Positions 1-10,094 of a stretch of DNA of 64,000 nt are shown piece by piece. The position numbers and the translations under genes were made by a program. The stretch's first letter is position 1. Every line of letters starts with the position of its first letter. This stretch comes from a bacterium. Its GTDB lineage: Bacteria; Patescibacteriota; Patescibacteriia; HK-STAS-PATE-3. The stretch covers positions 68,065 through 132,064 of the forward strand of contig JAZDMR010000015.1 of assembly GCA_043800725.1 (NCBI GenBank). The letters are read 5' to 3'. The notes under the pieces are model-generated. The model was not told the DNA's origin. It was given only the letters and a program-made list of their open reading frames with translations, and did not search any database.

Positions 1-561
1 CTTGATAAACAGGTAGTAGGGTAGTAATAGGCAAGAGAATAGAATACGGACAATTCTTTTCTTTCTTGAAGTTATAACCGTTCTCAATATATCCCATATT
101 AGAGTGGCCGAGTTGCCAAAAGTATCAATGTGATATTCCTGAATACCGGTTTGGCGAATGATTTCCTCGAAATACATTCGAGTAAAACGTATTCTGTCTT
201 TACTGTCTCTGACCAGGAAGGGGATGCTTAGCAATAGATTACCGTCATTTTTTAGTACTCGTAGCATTTCCTTGAGCGCTTGTTGAAAGTTGTGGCTATA
301 GCATAAAACCTCAAAGAAGATAACATTATTAAAGCTTTCGTCAGCGAAGTCGAGTGAGTGCATATCACCTTGCAGTATATTCTTTTCAGGATCGGCCTGT
401 ATATCAATGGCGGTAATATTGTCAGCTTTGAATAATTTATCATATCTTCGGCTGCCCGAACCCACGTCAAGCACCTGGCCAGTAACTTTTGAGGAATATA
501 ATTTGATATGGCGCTCTAATAATTGGCGGTGGTAGCTTTTTGATAAAAATTTAGAAAACAT
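1..561 (-). CDS. Class I SAM-dependent methyltransferase (runs off the window start; missing from the ORF track)
   Basis: Hand translation from ATG at 561: MFSKFLSKSYHRQLLERHIKLYSSKVTGQVLDVGSGSRRY...QGDMHSLDFADESFNNVI...RVLKNDG. The frame is open to base 1 and has motif I (VLDVGSG). Confidence 0.85.
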   Translation of the reverse strand, partial: MFSKFLSKSYHRQLLERHIKLYSSKVTGQVLDVGSGSRRYDKLFKADNITAIDIQADPEKNILQGDMHSLDFADESFNNVIFFEVLCYSHNFQQALKEMLRVLKNDGNLLLSIPFLVRDSKDRIRFTRMYFEEIIRQTGIQEYHIDTFGNSATLIWDILRTVITSRKKRIVRILFSCLLLPYYLFIK

Positions 562-580
562 GATTTTGATCGATACAGTT

Positions 581-1654
581 TTATGTAACAAACTCTCTGA
601 AATCAAGCTCTTTTTCAATGCCTATCACTTGGGCGATAACTGATATCCCCCAGAGAAACATTACTGTTCCATGAATGTCCGGTTCATTTTTACCTTTTGT
701 GATCTTGGCATTGTAGTAATAATTGCCCGCCATGTTTTCAAAAAAAGAAAAGCCGCCGATTTCATGAAAATAATATTTCTTGTACAATTGGAGCCTATTA
801 TACATAAAATTTTTAATTTCGTCTATCCGGTAAGAGTGGCCTAACAATTGACTGCAGTATTTTAATATATAAGCAACGTTAAAATTATCACAAGCGTGTT
901 TGTCGTTTTTTGCCTCGAGGGAAGTATCGATAATTTTTTCCGGCAGATCGAAGGTAACCTTATCAGCCACTTTCAAACCGGAAATGATTTTCATGGCCCC
1001 ATTAATTTTCTGTTGAGTGGAAGCAGCGCCCTGATACCAGAAACCGTCATCTTTTTGTATTGTCTTTACCCAGTCTATTACGCAGTTGATCAGTGTTTCT
1101 TTATTCGATAAACTACTATAACTGAGAAAGAACAACAAATGACTAAAATGACTGCCGGCACTCCAGGGTAATTTCCAGTCTAGATTTTCTAAAAATTGTT
1201 TGATATTATTTTCCGATTGTGGAAAATTTAGATAGTCATAGTTTGGTTTAATTCCAAATAGGGAAAGACTGGAGATAGCCTGCCTGGTTTCCGCCTGATT
1301 AACATATTTTTTTGATAGATAATCCAAATTCATTTTTTTTAGAGCGGCCGAATAGGACTTCGGTAGAGAAAGTGCGGAAAGTAGTTTATCCGAGAATTCG
1401 CCATTTTTATTTTGAAAACTTTTTATAAATTCACCAGCTGTTTCAATTTCATTTTTAAATAAATCTTCAATTTTCAGCGTGTAAATAATTTTTAAAAAAA
1501 ATACTGCATTGCCTAGCCCCCATTTAATTCTTTCGCTATAATAATCACCAGTATAGGAATAGTGATAAAAACCTTTTCGTTTAGTGCCTTTAATCTTTTT
1601 TAAAAAGTCAGGAGCTTTTTTCTTTAAATTATATAGCCACTCAATATCACTCAT
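581..1654 (-). CDS. Conserved hypothetical protein in the glycan locus, possibly prenyltransferase/alpha-alpha barrel-like
   Basis: 357 aa with Q..DG.W / Q.KNG.F-type repeats and motifs PWSAGSHFSH, KINGAMK, HACDNFN, DIHGT. It overlaps the upstream GT gene by 4 bp. Confidence 0.55.
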   Translation of the reverse strand: MSDIEWLYNLKKKAPDFLKKIKGTKRKGFYHYSYTGDYYSERIKWGLGNAVFFLKIIYTLKIEDLFKNEIETAGEFIKSFQNKNGEFSDKLLSALSLPKSYSAALKKMNLDYLSKKYVNQAETRQAISSLSLFGIKPNYDYLNFPQSENNIKQFLENLDWKLPWSAGSHFSHLLFFLSYSSLSNKETLINCVIDWVKTIQKDDGFWYQGAASTQQKINGAMKIISGLKVADKVTFDLPEKIIDTSLEAKNDKHACDNFNVAYILKYCSQLLGHSYRIDEIKNFMYNRLQLYKKYYFHEIGGFSFFENMAGNYYYNAKITKGKNEPDIHGTVMFLWGISVIAQVIGIEKELDFREFVT

Positions 1655-2661
1655 AATCTTTTTAATTTTCTAAAATAAACCATTAGCATTATGTAGTAGT
1701 AGTTGAAGATATTTCCTTTTTTCACATCATAGGTTCTTTGTTCTTTTTTTGAGAAAATCGTTTTTGAAAAATCAATATATTTATTGGCGATCGTCTCTAT
1801 GTTAGGCAAATTGATTTTGGGTTGGAAATAATCTAATTTTGATGCTGCCTCATCAATTTTTTTCAATACATCATCGATGCCATAAAAAATTACTCCTGCA
1901 TCGCCGACAATTTCCGGGTGACTGGAGTTATTTCTAGCTACCGGCACACAACCACAGTGCATTGCCTCAAGTAATGCGTTTGAACATGATTCCATAAAAG
2001 ACGCGGAAATAAAGATATCGCTATTACGCAGATACTCTGCCAGTTCATTACTGGGCAATGGCTCAATAGTGCGGAAATTCTTGAATGTGATCGGTGAATT
2101 ACCGATGAAGAGTATATCATATTTATTAAAATCCAATTCTGCGTCCAAATATTGATATATATCGAAACCTTTCCACCAGTTAGCCGACCAACTGGTGATA
2201 ATTATTTTAATTTTACCATCCTCATATTTTTTCTGGTTATTACCATGATAAAATATTTTTGGATCCGGAGCGTTTATAATTACCTTTTCGTATTTATTGT
2301 GTTTCATACCCAGTTCATGATTGCTTCGTTCACTCCATAGGGACTGAAAAATTGTCCCGTCGACAAATGACTGGTTAAAATAATAAAGAATTTTATCGAT
2401 AAAACGATCTTTTTCTCTATAAACGGATATTGGTCCATCAATCCTATGTAATAATATTTTATCTTTCTTTTTTAAATTTAAAATCTGCCGAAATCTATAT
2501 TCATCTCGGAAAGGATAACTATTGAAAATGATCACATCAGCATTATTAGGATCGTCGATATATAAATCCTGTCTCTCAAACTCATTTTTTAAAGCTTTTA
2601 GAAATTGATTACCACCACCAAAGGGACCCTCTTGGAGTTCGCAGAGAATATTAATTTTCAT
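1651..2661 (-). CDS. Glycosyltransferase family 4 (GT-B)
   Basis: GPFGGGNQF N-terminus; C-terminal SFMESCSNALLEAMHCG motif. Confidence 0.85.
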   Translation of the reverse strand: MKINILCELQEGPFGGGNQFLKALKNEFERQDLYIDDPNNADVIIFNSYPFRDEYRFRQILNLKKKDKILLHRIDGPISVYREKDRFIDKILYYFNQSFVDGTIFQSLWSERSNHELGMKHNKYEKVIINAPDPKIFYHGNNQKKYEDGKIKIIITSWSANWWKGFDIYQYLDAELDFNKYDILFIGNSPITFKNFRTIEPLPSNELAEYLRNSDIFISASFMESCSNALLEAMHCGCVPVARNNSSHPEIVGDAGVIFYGIDDVLKKIDEAASKLDYFQPKINLPNIETIANKYIDFSKTIFSKKEQRTYDVKKGNIFNYYYIMLMVYFRKLKRL

Positions 2662-3724
2662 TTATAGCGATATTATAAATATCTTTATAGTATTTTTTTG
2701 CTATTTTACTCCAGTTATATTTTAACACTTCTTGCTGACCATTTACTGCCAGTTTCTGCCTAAACTTTTCATCTGTAATAATTTTATTAACCTTTTCGGT
2801 CAGATCATTTAGGTCATTTATCTCCGAGAATAAAGCATTTTCTCCTTCAAGTGCAATATCCTTAATCATACCAACCTTGGTGCCAATAAAGGGTATAGCG
2901 GTGGCCCATGATTCCAGTATTGCCTTAGGTCCGCCCTCTTGCCTGGAAGTCATTAGATAACAATCTAGAGTACAGTAATAATCACGCATATCTAAATATT
3001 TTTTTACATAAACATGTGTGTAGGGGATATTTGATTTTTTTAGTCTTTCCTTAACATAGTCTCTAGCCGGTCCTGTTAGCAAGACGTGGATATTTTTATT
3101 TTTTTTAAATAAAGTTTCCATAATTTCACAAAAAATATCCGGCCCTTTGATTAGCTTGGGCTGCAAACCGCCTTTCCAGCCCACACCGTCCTTTTGAAAG
3201 GAACCGATAATTAATTTGTCTATAGGCAGTCCAAGCTTAGTCCTTAACTCCGTTTTTTGATGGGAATCGGCAGGTCTAAAGTAATCTAGATTAACACCCA
3301 GGGGTATAACAACTATTTTTTCAGACGGAATTCCTAAATCAATTAAACCTTTTTTTGTATTCTGTGAGGCAGTATGAAAACAATCAACAGACTTAATCAG
3401 TTGAGGGATGAATTTGATATTTTTATCATTATCGGTTAGGTGGAACCAGGTCAGGACCACATAATTACTTAGATTAACATTTACTATTTGACCGTGATTA
3501 ATAATCGTATGAATCGATCCGAAATGAATTATTTTATTTTTTAATCCTATCGGAGTGGTACTGGTTCTGGATTTGATCAAAGCCAGACTGTTTAAATTCT
3601 CCGTTAACTGCTTGCCGTCCCAGTTGATTGACCATTCCGGCTCCTCGACAATATAAATAAGTTTATAGTCTCGATCGAAAATATTTTTGATTACTTTTAT
3701 TAATGCTTGCGGTGATCTAATCAT
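2651..3724 (-). CDS. Glycosyltransferase family 4
   Basis: VIPLGVN, KGPD and SRQEGGPKAILESWATAIP motifs. Confidence 0.9.
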   Translation of the reverse strand: MIRSPQALIKVIKNIFDRDYKLIYIVEEPEWSINWDGKQLTENLNSLALIKSRTSTTPIGLKNKIIHFGSIHTIINHGQIVNVNLSNYVVLTWFHLTDNDKNIKFIPQLIKSVDCFHTASQNTKKGLIDLGIPSEKIVVIPLGVNLDYFRPADSHQKTELRTKLGLPIDKLIIGSFQKDGVGWKGGLQPKLIKGPDIFCEIMETLFKKNKNIHVLLTGPARDYVKERLKKSNIPYTHVYVKKYLDMRDYYCTLDCYLMTSRQEGGPKAILESWATAIPFIGTKVGMIKDIALEGENALFSEINDLNDLTEKVNKIITDEKFRQKLAVNGQQEVLKYNWSKIAKKYYKDIYNIAINEN

Positions 3725-3730
3725 AAAGTT

Positions 3731-4366
3731 TTATACTTTTACCACTTTCGTCCATATCTCGCCAAATTGAATGCTGTAATTTTCCATTTTCCAACCGGCA
3801 GCCTCGAGCTCCTGTTTTAGAGCGTCGTGAGTATATTCAATAAAGTGTGTTTTATCAAGACGATACTCAAAATTATTTTCCTTTTTGTAAATTGTTAACC
3901 AGTCACGGCTAATCAACGGAACTCTTATCAAGATTACGTCAGAAATGTCATGTAATTTGGATAGGAAAGAAGTCCGGTCCTCGATATGTTCCAATACATT
4001 CGACAATACTATTTTATCAAACCTGTTTTTAAAGTTATGTTTGACGGCATCACCGATAATAAACGTTAGGTTTTCTCGGGTGTAGTGTTTTTGAGCGAAA
4101 TTAATATTGTTAGAGGAGAAGTCAATGCCTGTGACCTGCTTGGCTTTTTTTGCAATATCATAGGTGTTATCACCTTTCCCGCAGCCTATATCTATTACGA
4201 CGTCAGTAGTAGAAACATTATCAACGAAGAATTTATGATAATCGATTATCCTATGTTTTGGATGAACGCCGTTATTTAATCTTACGGCCAATGAAGATAT
4301 TTTATAATATGAATAATTGCTTAAGAAGATAAAAATTTTCATTAATAGCCAATTGACGCTTTTCAT
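3731..4366 (-). CDS. Class I SAM-dependent methyltransferase
   Basis: VIDIGCGKG, GIDFS, FDKIVLSNVLEHI. Confidence 0.9.
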   Translation of the reverse strand: MKSVNWLLMKIFIFLSNYSYYKISSLAVRLNNGVHPKHRIIDYHKFFVDNVSTTDVVIDIGCGKGDNTYDIAKKAKQVTGIDFSSNNINFAQKHYTRENLTFIIGDAVKHNFKNRFDKIVLSNVLEHIEDRTSFLSKLHDISDVILIRVPLISRDWLTIYKKENNFEYRLDKTHFIEYTHDALKQELEAAGWKMENYSIQFGEIWTKVVKV

Positions 4367-5158
4367 TTATATTTTTCTCAAAACTAATAAAATGGTATGA
4401 CCGCTGAAGTATTTAAAAGCTCTGGAAAATACTATGCCGATTAGTCTGCTTACGAATGAATTGCTATCATAAATTTTTTGTAAAACCGGTTTGATGAGTG
4501 ATATTTCATCCTTCATTCCTTTTACGGCATCAAGGGGAGTACTCTGAATTAATTCAAAACCAATCTTTTCAAGGTCGGTTATGACATCTTCCTTGTTAAG
4601 CATAAATTGATAGAAATCACTTATTTCAATTTCGTGGTTATTAAGCTGGTCATATTTATTTAACATCGCTTTGAGCTTTCTCAAAAGTGACATGTATGGA
4701 AAGGTTAAAAATAAGTAACCACGTTTTTTAATAACACGATTCATCTCTTCTATTATAGAAGTATATCCATCATAGAAGTGTTCAATTACCCCCAGAGACC
4801 AATAGCCATCAAAGTATTCATTTGGAAATGGAATTTTTCTAACGTCTCCGCAGGTTATTTTAAGATTTGGAAAAAGTGTATTGGTTTTTTTTACTGTGCG
4901 CTCAGCATAATCAATCCCAAACGCATCATATCCGAAATGACTTAATGCATGTACTTTATCACCAAGTCCGCATCCGCCTTCGAGAATTTTCGTTCCGGAT
5001 TCTAGGTATTTTTCAGTAGTTTTAATAATGAATGATTTTCTGTTTACGTTAAACTTTTTCTGGAGATCATCCTTATCCCAGTGGTCATCCCAAAAATGAG
5101 AGGTGGCTTTTTGTTCAAAAATCGCTAAGCGCCTGTTTTTTACATCATAATACTTCAT
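4367..5158 (-). CDS. Class I SAM-dependent methyltransferase
   Basis: ILEGGCGLG, GDVRKIPFPNEYFDGYWSLGVIEH. Confidence 0.9.
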   Translation of the reverse strand: MKYYDVKNRRLAIFEQKATSHFWDDHWDKDDLQKKFNVNRKSFIIKTTEKYLESGTKILEGGCGLGDKVHALSHFGYDAFGIDYAERTVKKTNTLFPNLKITCGDVRKIPFPNEYFDGYWSLGVIEHFYDGYTSIIEEMNRVIKKRGYLFLTFPYMSLLRKLKAMLNKYDQLNNHEIEISDFYQFMLNKEDVITDLEKIGFELIQSTPLDAVKGMKDEISLIKPVLQKIYDSNSFVSRLIGIVFSRAFKYFSGHTILLVLRKI

Positions 5159-5167
5159 CTGTGAAAA

Positions 5168-6280
5168 CTAATCGGTTAATTGCTCATATATATCATTTTC
5201 TTGATTGACAATATTTTCAAGACTGAAATGATCTTTAACAGATATCCAGGCCCGTTGGCCAATCTCAATACGTAATTGTTTGTCCTTCATTAATTCAATA
5301 ATTCCATTTTTTATGCTAAGTGAATCAGTCTTGACCAGAAAACCATTTTTTCTGTGCTCAATTAATTCATTAATTCCATTAACGTTTGTACCCAGGCATG
5401 CCATACCGCAGGCCATTGCTTCAATCAAAATTTTAGGCATACCCTCATAAAGTGAAGGTAGCACATAAAGTTTATATTGGTTGAGTATATTTGGCAATTT
5501 TGTGTTAGGTACATTCCGCATAAAATTAACCTTAGCCTCGGTACTTCTCGCAAAATCCGACAATTCAGTTTCCAATACTCCCGAACCGTAGATATCCACA
5601 GAATATTCGAGACCATCCATGGCTTTAATTAGATTGAATAGATTTTTTTGTTCAGTAAGTCTACCAACAATAACAATATCCTTATTCTTTATTGCGTTTA
5701 ATGGCCTGAAGATATTCGTATCAACAAAATTATAAATCACACTGATGCCCGATCTAACTTTATAATTGCTAAGTATGTATTGTTTATCATGCTTACTGGT
5801 AATAATGCTGTGGTCGGCAAACCGATAAGCTAATTTCTCAACCAATCGATAAAAAAAATGTAGAATTGTTCTTTCTTTATTAAATTTTGTTATGGTGTAA
5901 CCCGTTCTAACCAATATTTTTTTTTGATAGAGTATTTTGGAGATAACAGCACTCCAGCTGCCTGACATTTGATTAGTTTTTAAAATCGTACATTCTTTAA
6001 TATACTTTTTCCGGATAAGGGGCAGTAATATTGAGTATAAGAGAGAGCCGTACTTAAAATTAAATAAACTCGGTTTTGGTATAATGATAATCCCATTTGT
6101 TAAATACTTTTCGTATTTTTTATCATCAGAACCATATGTAAACCAATAAATTTTATTAAAAATATTTCTCTGAATAAATTCCTCATACAGTAATTTTTCT
6201 CTGTCCAGCAGATCCATATTTTGCCATCTTTCCACTGATACGCCCTTAGTAAAAAATAAACCTAGTATTTTAGAATCCAT
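5168..6280 (-). CDS. Glycosyltransferase family 4
   Basis: VGRLTEQKN and PSLYEGMPKILIEAMACG. Confidence 0.92.
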   Translation of the reverse strand: MDSKILGLFFTKGVSVERWQNMDLLDREKLLYEEFIQRNIFNKIYWFTYGSDDKKYEKYLTNGIIIIPKPSLFNFKYGSLLYSILLPLIRKKYIKECTILKTNQMSGSWSAVISKILYQKKILVRTGYTITKFNKERTILHFFYRLVEKLAYRFADHSIITSKHDKQYILSNYKVRSGISVIYNFVDTNIFRPLNAIKNKDIVIVGRLTEQKNLFNLIKAMDGLEYSVDIYGSGVLETELSDFARSTEAKVNFMRNVPNTKLPNILNQYKLYVLPSLYEGMPKILIEAMACGMACLGTNVNGINELIEHRKNGFLVKTDSLSIKNGIIELMKDKQLRIEIGQRAWISVKDHFSLENIVNQENDIYEQLTD

Positions 6281-7252
6281 TTACTTATTTTTATATTTCA
6301 AAAACCGATACAATGTGTACACGTAAGGAAAAGTTACCAGAGATGTTAACATAAGTTTGCGTAAATAATCTCCCCGATACTCTTTCAGTATTTTTTTTGC
6401 TTGGAGGTATTGCCCTTTCTGCAAATACTTTAACACGCTTAGCTCAACTACTTTGTTATTCAAGTCTGCCTCATTTAATTTTAAGAATTTAAAAACCTCA
6501 TTAAGTTTAAAAAAATCTAGATTATTATAGGAGTCAAATCCGAATTTTGTTCTTTCAAAATAGAATGCTCGGGCCAACTCTTTTAATAGCAGTTGCTGTT
6601 TCAATTTATTATTTGAAATACTTTCTTCGTTAAAAACTCGGTGGTATATTAGTGGTTGACCGTAGTTTTCAATGACTAAGTTTTTGGTCAGTAAATTCAG
6701 GTAAAAATCATAATCCTGCGAGACTACGAATTTTTCACGATAAAATATTTCTTTGTTGTTCCTAAAGAATATTGTCGGATGGATAATACAATTTTTTTCT
6801 TTTAAAGTATTTTTGATTTCATTGAAACCATAAGTCAATTTCACCGTACTCAGCTTATTCCCATTTGAGTCAATCTTAATAGCCTCGCTGCCCAATAAAA
6901 AAATATCACTATACTTTTCTAAATAATTATACTGCTTTTCAAAGCGATCGATCAGAGCAATATCATCTCCATCCATTCGGGCTATATAGATACCCTTAGA
7001 AACATTTATTGATATATTAAGTGATTTTGTCAGTCCGATGTTTTTAGGATTATTAATCAGAACAATCCTTTTATCGCTTTTGGAGAAATGATCTATAATT
7101 TTTAATGAATTGTCCGTTGAACCATCATTGACAATAATAAATTCAAAATCACTAAACGATTGATTTAATATTGACTTAATTGACTCAGTCAAATAAGTTT
7201 CATTGTTAAAAACTGACATAATGACAGATATTACCGGAAATGACTCTTTCAT
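6281..7252 (-). CDS. Glycosyltransferase family 2
   Basis: ISVIMSVFN, NDGSTD, ARMDGDD (DxD). Confidence 0.92.
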   Translation of the reverse strand: MKESFPVISVIMSVFNNETYLTESIKSILNQSFSDFEFIIVNDGSTDNSLKIIDHFSKSDKRIVLINNPKNIGLTKSLNISINVSKGIYIARMDGDDIALIDRFEKQYNYLEKYSDIFLLGSEAIKIDSNGNKLSTVKLTYGFNEIKNTLKEKNCIIHPTIFFRNNKEIFYREKFVVSQDYDFYLNLLTKNLVIENYGQPLIYHRVFNEESISNNKLKQQLLLKELARAFYFERTKFGFDSYNNLDFFKLNEVFKFLKLNEADLNNKVVELSVLKYLQKGQYLQAKKILKEYRGDYLRKLMLTSLVTFPYVYTLYRFLKYKNK

Positions 7253-7253
7253 A

Positions 7254-8273
7254 TCATTGAAAATTTATAGGTTTTAATTTTAAATACACATCATCTTTCG
7301 TTACTCTTTTGTGTTGAAGGATTGCTCTTTGTTTGAGATTGTCTTTCAGTTTTCTAACAAAAGTAATGTTTGAAGTAAAGAAGGCGAAAGCAATTCTAAT
7401 TTCTCGGTATTTAACAACATATTTGAATGTTTTTAGAATTTGAAAAGCTATAAAGATCGGAAACCTGATAAATAAATTTCTGATGTTGTAATTTTTAATA
7501 ATACTTCTAGCATGTCCGGAAAATTGATATTTATAAAACTTAAGATAAGTCTTGCTGTCTCGCGAGCGCTTAGCACCCAGATTATAAACAAAGCTTTTCG
7601 TATAGAGAATATTCTTGTAGCCAAAAAGGTAGGCTCTGGGACCAATATCAATGTCATCAAGGTGGAACAGCTGGGTTTGATCAAATCCACCTAGGATAGC
7701 CCAAACTTTCTTAGAAAAAAACATAAATGCACCTGTAGGTCCAGCAATATCTATTATTTCTTTTGGATAATTTAGTATGTTGTTAATGTTAGTTTTATTT
7801 TTGTGCCAATGTAATCCATACCAAGAAAAGTAAATGCCATAATCGCTCGTAATTTTTGAGTCAATGTTTAATAAAGGAACTTGAATAAAAGCATAATCGT
7901 CTGAGTATATTTGTAATAACTTATTTAATAATTGATGATCGTTAAGTAAGATATCATTATCGATTGATAATATGTATTCTCCCTGGGCATGCTCAATGCC
8001 AATATTTTTTCCTTGGGAAAAACCTAAATTCTTTTTATTCTTTATTAATTTAATATTGTGAAATTTCTTAATATAATCAACACTATCGTCAGTTGAACCA
8101 TTATCTACTATGATTATTTCATAATTTGAGTATTCAATCTTAAGAACTGAATCTATAGTTTTTTTCAGATACACTAAACCGTTATAATTCAATATTACAA
8201 TACTGATTAGTGGTTCAGAATCAATATTATTAACATCGTTCAATTGGTTTATGGGTTGTGGCACTTGTGGCAA
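7254..8273 (-). CDS. Glycosyltransferase family 2 (rhamnosyltransferase-like)
   Basis: SIVILNYNG, DNGSTD, IDND, GGFD; TTG start uncertain. Confidence 0.88.
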   Translation of the reverse strand: MPQVPQPINQLNDVNNIDSEPLISIVILNYNGLVYLKKTIDSVLKIEYSNYEIIIVDNGSTDDSVDYIKKFHNIKLIKNKKNLGFSQGKNIGIEHAQGEYILSIDNDILLNDHQLLNKLLQIYSDDYAFIQVPLLNIDSKITSDYGIYFSWYGLHWHKNKTNINNILNYPKEIIDIAGPTGAFMFFSKKVWAILGGFDQTQLFHLDDIDIGPRAYLFGYKNILYTKSFVYNLGAKRSRDSKTYLKFYKYQFSGHARSIIKNYNIRNLFIRFPIFIAFQILKTFKYVVKYREIRIAFAFFTSNITFVRKLKDNLKQRAILQHKRVTKDDVYLKLKPINFQ

Positions 8274-8275
8274 AT

Positions 8276-9229
8276 TTAAAACTCTTCTTTTAAAATTTTT
8301 GATATTATATTTTTCCTTCTTTCTAGTTCAATGCGACTAATTCGATTAAAAATCATATGCAGCAAAGAAATCAAGAAAATAATTCCAAATCTAATGAAAA
8401 ATGCCATTTTTAAAATTAGGTAGTCAAAATACAATTTATGCTTTTTAAAATATTTTAACGAAGAAATACAGTAGTTTTTACTGTAATCATAGAAATCGAG
8501 CTTATCAAGTGACTGCTGTTTAATATGGTAGAAGGAAACATCTGATTTATATAATATTTTTTCACCCAACTTTTTTATTCGAAATGACAAGTCGACGTCA
8601 TTGTAAAATAATGGAAAATTTATTTCATCAAGCAAATAATTTAATTTCTTGATTAATTCTCTTTTCATTAGGATTGCTGCACCGGGTGCCTGTTCGACGT
8701 CAAAGTCTTTTTGAAAATCCCTATTCAAGGAGAGATATTTATTAACATTCGGCAAGCTTCTTAATACCGGTACTAATTTTGATAGTCCGGTAGCAAAAAG
8801 CGTAAAAGCAGATGGGAAACTGCGATACATAGTGTTTTGTATGGTTCCGTCTAAATTTAAAAGTTTAACCGTTATAGCCGGGCGGTTATTATTTTTAATA
8901 AAATCTAAGAGTCTATCAACCGACTCTTCAGGTGCTATTATATCGGGGTTAAGCAAGAATATATTTTTTCCTTTAGAGACATTATAACCCTGATTATTAC
9001 CTCCGGAAAAATAATTATTAAAATTATTCTTGATCAATAATATCTGAGGGTACTTTTTTTCAATTAGTTCCGGTGATTTATCAGTTGAATTATTATCAAT
9101 GACAATAATTTCATAGCTGTGTTTTTTTATTGTCTGTTGCAGAGATTCAAGGCAATTTAAAATCACCTCACCACAGTTCCAGTTTACGATTATTATCGAT
9201 AATTCGGGTTGAATACTAGTTGTCCCCAT
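8276..9229 (-). CDS. Glycosyltransferase family 2 (WbbL-like rhamnosyltransferase)
   Basis: SIIIVNWN, DNNSTD, LLNPD, GAAIL, YNDVDL. Confidence 0.88.
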   Translation of the reverse strand: MGTTSIQPELSIIIVNWNCGEVILNCLESLQQTIKKHSYEIIVIDNNSTDKSPELIEKKYPQILLIKNNFNNYFSGGNNQGYNVSKGKNIFLLNPDIIAPEESVDRLLDFIKNNNRPAITVKLLNLDGTIQNTMYRSFPSAFTLFATGLSKLVPVLRSLPNVNKYLSLNRDFQKDFDVEQAPGAAILMKRELIKKLNYLLDEINFPLFYNDVDLSFRIKKLGEKILYKSDVSFYHIKQQSLDKLDFYDYSKNYCISSLKYFKKHKLYFDYLILKMAFFIRFGIIFLISLLHMIFNRISRIELERRKNIISKILKEEF

Positions 9230-10094
9230 TTTTTTTAATCATTATTGTTAACCGAGAGGATTTTCTAAACAGATATGGCAATAAAGCTAGAGGAATGAAT
9301 AAAACAGTTAGTAACAAGTAGTATACAAAATTCAATCTTGGGAACTTTAATTTAAAAAAGTTATACAATTCGTTAATTGTAAACTCATTTTTGACAGTAG
9401 TATGAAATGAAGTATCGTCAAATAACAGCTTGATAGACTTCTCTGAAAAAATATTTAAATGCCTAGGAGCGTCAAATACGTAAGTATGATTTTTAAACCA
9501 CTTCAAAAAAAGAAAATTAGAATTTGGAGTCTTAATAAAAATTATCCCATTGGATGTTATTAGACTTTTAATTTTATTTACTATTATTTTTGGATTATAG
9601 AAATGTTCTATAACATGACTCATTATGACCAGGTCAAAATTTTCATCGAAAGATAATTCTTCAAAATTACCAATTTTGGTTTTAATTCCTGATGCAGATA
9701 ATGATATCATTTCTGTCTCGTCAATATCAGTTGCGGTTACTTCATAGCCCTTTTGAAAAAAATATTTCGAATAGAGTCCGCTTCCCGCGCCGATTTCCAA
9801 GATTTTTGCATTCTTCTTATACTGCATCTCTTTTAATAATTTATTAACCATACGAACTGCTAAAATACTTCTTATTTTACTGAATATTTTGTTTTGAAAC
9901 CGACTGTAATTTTTTGGATAAACTTCTGATATTTCATTTTGTCCAAGTGGATTACCCAAGAATAGGGTTTCACATTTGATACATCTATTAAAAAAAAATT
10001 CTTCAGATACACATTTATATGGATCTTTTATTTCAGAATATTGTTTTCTAATGTCATCGTTACCGCAGATAGGGCAATTTATTACACCGCTCAT
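9216..10094 (-). CDS. SAM-dependent methyltransferase with N-terminal Cys (Zn) motif
   Basis: CPIC...CIKC, ILEIGAGSG, FDLVIMSHVIEH, TPN. Confidence 0.9.
   Translation of the reverse strand: MSGVINCPICGNDDIRKQYSEIKDPYKCVSEEFFFNRCIKCETLFLGNPLGQNEISEVYPKNYSRFQNKIFSKIRSILAVRMVNKLLKEMQYKKNAKILEIGAGSGLYSKYFFQKGYEVTATDIDETEMISLSASGIKTKIGNFEELSFDENFDLVIMSHVIEHFYNPKIIVNKIKSLITSNGIIFIKTPNSNFLFLKWFKNHTYVFDAPRHLNIFSEKSIKLLFDDTSFHTTVKNEFTINELYNFFKLKFPRLNFVYYLLLTVLFIPLALLPYLFRKSSRLTIMIKKNGDN

Noticed and set aside
252-470. 72-aa ORF in the track
   Set aside because: It is an alternative frame inside the methyltransferase 1..561.
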